Source: Sphagnum compactum (taxonomy: Eukaryota). Taken from it: a stretch of 64,000 bases of DNA. A program made the position numbers and the translations under genes. The stretch covers positions 6,076,001 to 6,140,000 of the forward strand of contig OZ234494.1 in NCBI GenBank assembly GCA_965153455.1, written 5' to 3'. The notes beneath the pieces were generated by a model. It was not told the DNA's origin. It ran no database searches and saw only the letters and a program-made list of their open reading frames with translations. This document shows positions 62,708-64,000 of this stretch, in pieces (position 1 is the stretch's first letter; the number at the start of each line of letters is the position of its first letter).

Positions 62708-64000
62708 CTAGTCTCGGGGTCGTGCTGACCACAGGGAGCTGAGTGCTCGCAAGCGGGCAAAGTAATCACCCATTGCAAGAAGGCCTCTTGCTGCTTGACG
62801 GGTTGTCAAGATACGATGCATTTGCTGCAACGTCTGTTGCCGCAAATTATCTGCCTGCCAGCCATGCCATGCCCCCCCCAACATCAACGGATTTGTTTTA
62901 TGAAAAACAGATAGTCTACAGAATCGAGTTCTTATGCAGTCAAGTAGTAGAGCATATCTAAAACTCAGATAATAAAGGAGGATTCTTATCAGGAGAACAA
63001 TGCAAAATTATTACATACATACCTGGCGCACAAAAGACTCAAGTGTGCCCAATTTCCCCATTGCCATGGCCATCTGACCCATGTAATTTGCAACATTGGG
63101 TGAAGAGACCAATAAGCCACCCATAACCGTATCTGCAAGGGATTGCTGTAAAGCTTCCATTCCTTGTGAAAGTGCATCCTCGGCTTGCTGGGATGACTGT
63201 TGCAAGTTACAGATTCCAAGTAGCTGTTGCTCTGTCAATGGCTCAATTTGTGGTATTAGAATCTGCACACTCCCCCAACAACCCAAGACCCAGTGGTATC
63301 TCAAAAAACCTTCTTCCACTCTGATGAACAATTAACTACTGGGCCCTGCATCTCTACCATCAGGTAAAAAAGGTGAGACAATTTCAGAACAGGAAAAATG
63401 AATTAAGTAAACTGTGCTCTTAAATCAGCAGCAGCCATTGGACTGGTATGTGGATTATTGTATTCCACCTTGAGGAGTTCAGAAGGTCGAAAACCACCCA
63501 TCCACATAAAGCAGCGCTCAGCTGGTGTTTTCCACATTCCTGACACAAGGTGGAAGACATCTGCTTTAGCAGCAACAGCTTTTAGGCGGAAAATATCATC
63601 ATAGTGCGCCATTCCCCCATCAACAAGCAAGCGTAACTCATTGTCAGCCACGTGCGCTTGCAACGCTGCCCGTAGCTCACACATCTGCCGATGCTGCTCT
63701 TCCACCCACCTTCCATATTCCATGTCGAAAGCCACTGCCCCTGAGATCACATAAATCGTGCACCAAATTTAAAATTAAAATCAAAAAAATCTGAGGTTCC
63801 ATGCATACTTAAGGAATTTATGGTATTCAAAGTACCTCTCGACCCGTATTCAAAATCCATACATACTAGAGCAATGTACGGTATTCAAGTCCTGACATCC
63901 TAACTCATGAATCTCACAAAACCCCATGAAGGTGGCAACTGGAAGGAACCTGGATTCAACGCAGTAGTCACACCATTTGCACCACTGGAATGAAGATTCT
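62708..64000 (-). CDS. TGA: TGA-type (group D) bZIP transcription factor, C-terminal DOG1 domain; 5' part lies beyond the window
   Basis: Phase-compatible exons >64000-63974, 63740-63469, 63262-63023, 62854-62708: GAVAFDMEYGRWVEEQ...KADVFHLVSGMWKTPAERCFMWMGGFRPSELLK ILIPQIEPLTEQQLLGICNLQQSSQQAEDALSQGMEALQQSL...LESFVRQ ADNLRQQTLQQMHRILTTRQAARGLLAMGDYFARLRALSSLWSARPRD*. Confidence 0.96.

Overview
Eukaryotic nuclear DNA from a land plant. The spliced genes are bryophyte-like and the repeat landscape resembles Sphagnum moss (inferred from recollection, not a search). The window holds three apparently intact genes: (i) a 12-exon, 1159-aa protein with an unusual RING - Pumilio(PUF)-repeat - disordered - RING - disordered architecture (5667-13899, +); (ii) a DUF1644 zinc-finger protein with an intronless CDS (36722-37975, -); (iii) the 3' part of a TGA-type bZIP/DOG1 transcription factor (62708->64000, -). 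Two GC-richer patchworks of decayed gene fragments lie between them. One is a truncated, frameshifted copy of an AT3G12590-like gene followed by orphan exons (29.8-34.1 kb). The other is a trihelix/Myb fragment, an unknown fragment and an intron-containing plastid SecA1 fragment with strong CpG decay (54.7-58.2 kb). The rest is AT-rich transposon debris (solo LTRs with TSDs; gypsy integrase, Harbinger and DDE_1 transposase relics) and short tandem arrays. The best candidate for a novel system is the dual-RING PUF protein, a putative sequence-specific RNA-binding E3 ubiquitin ligase. All gene models were assembled by hand from splice signals and reading-frame phase; no database search was run.
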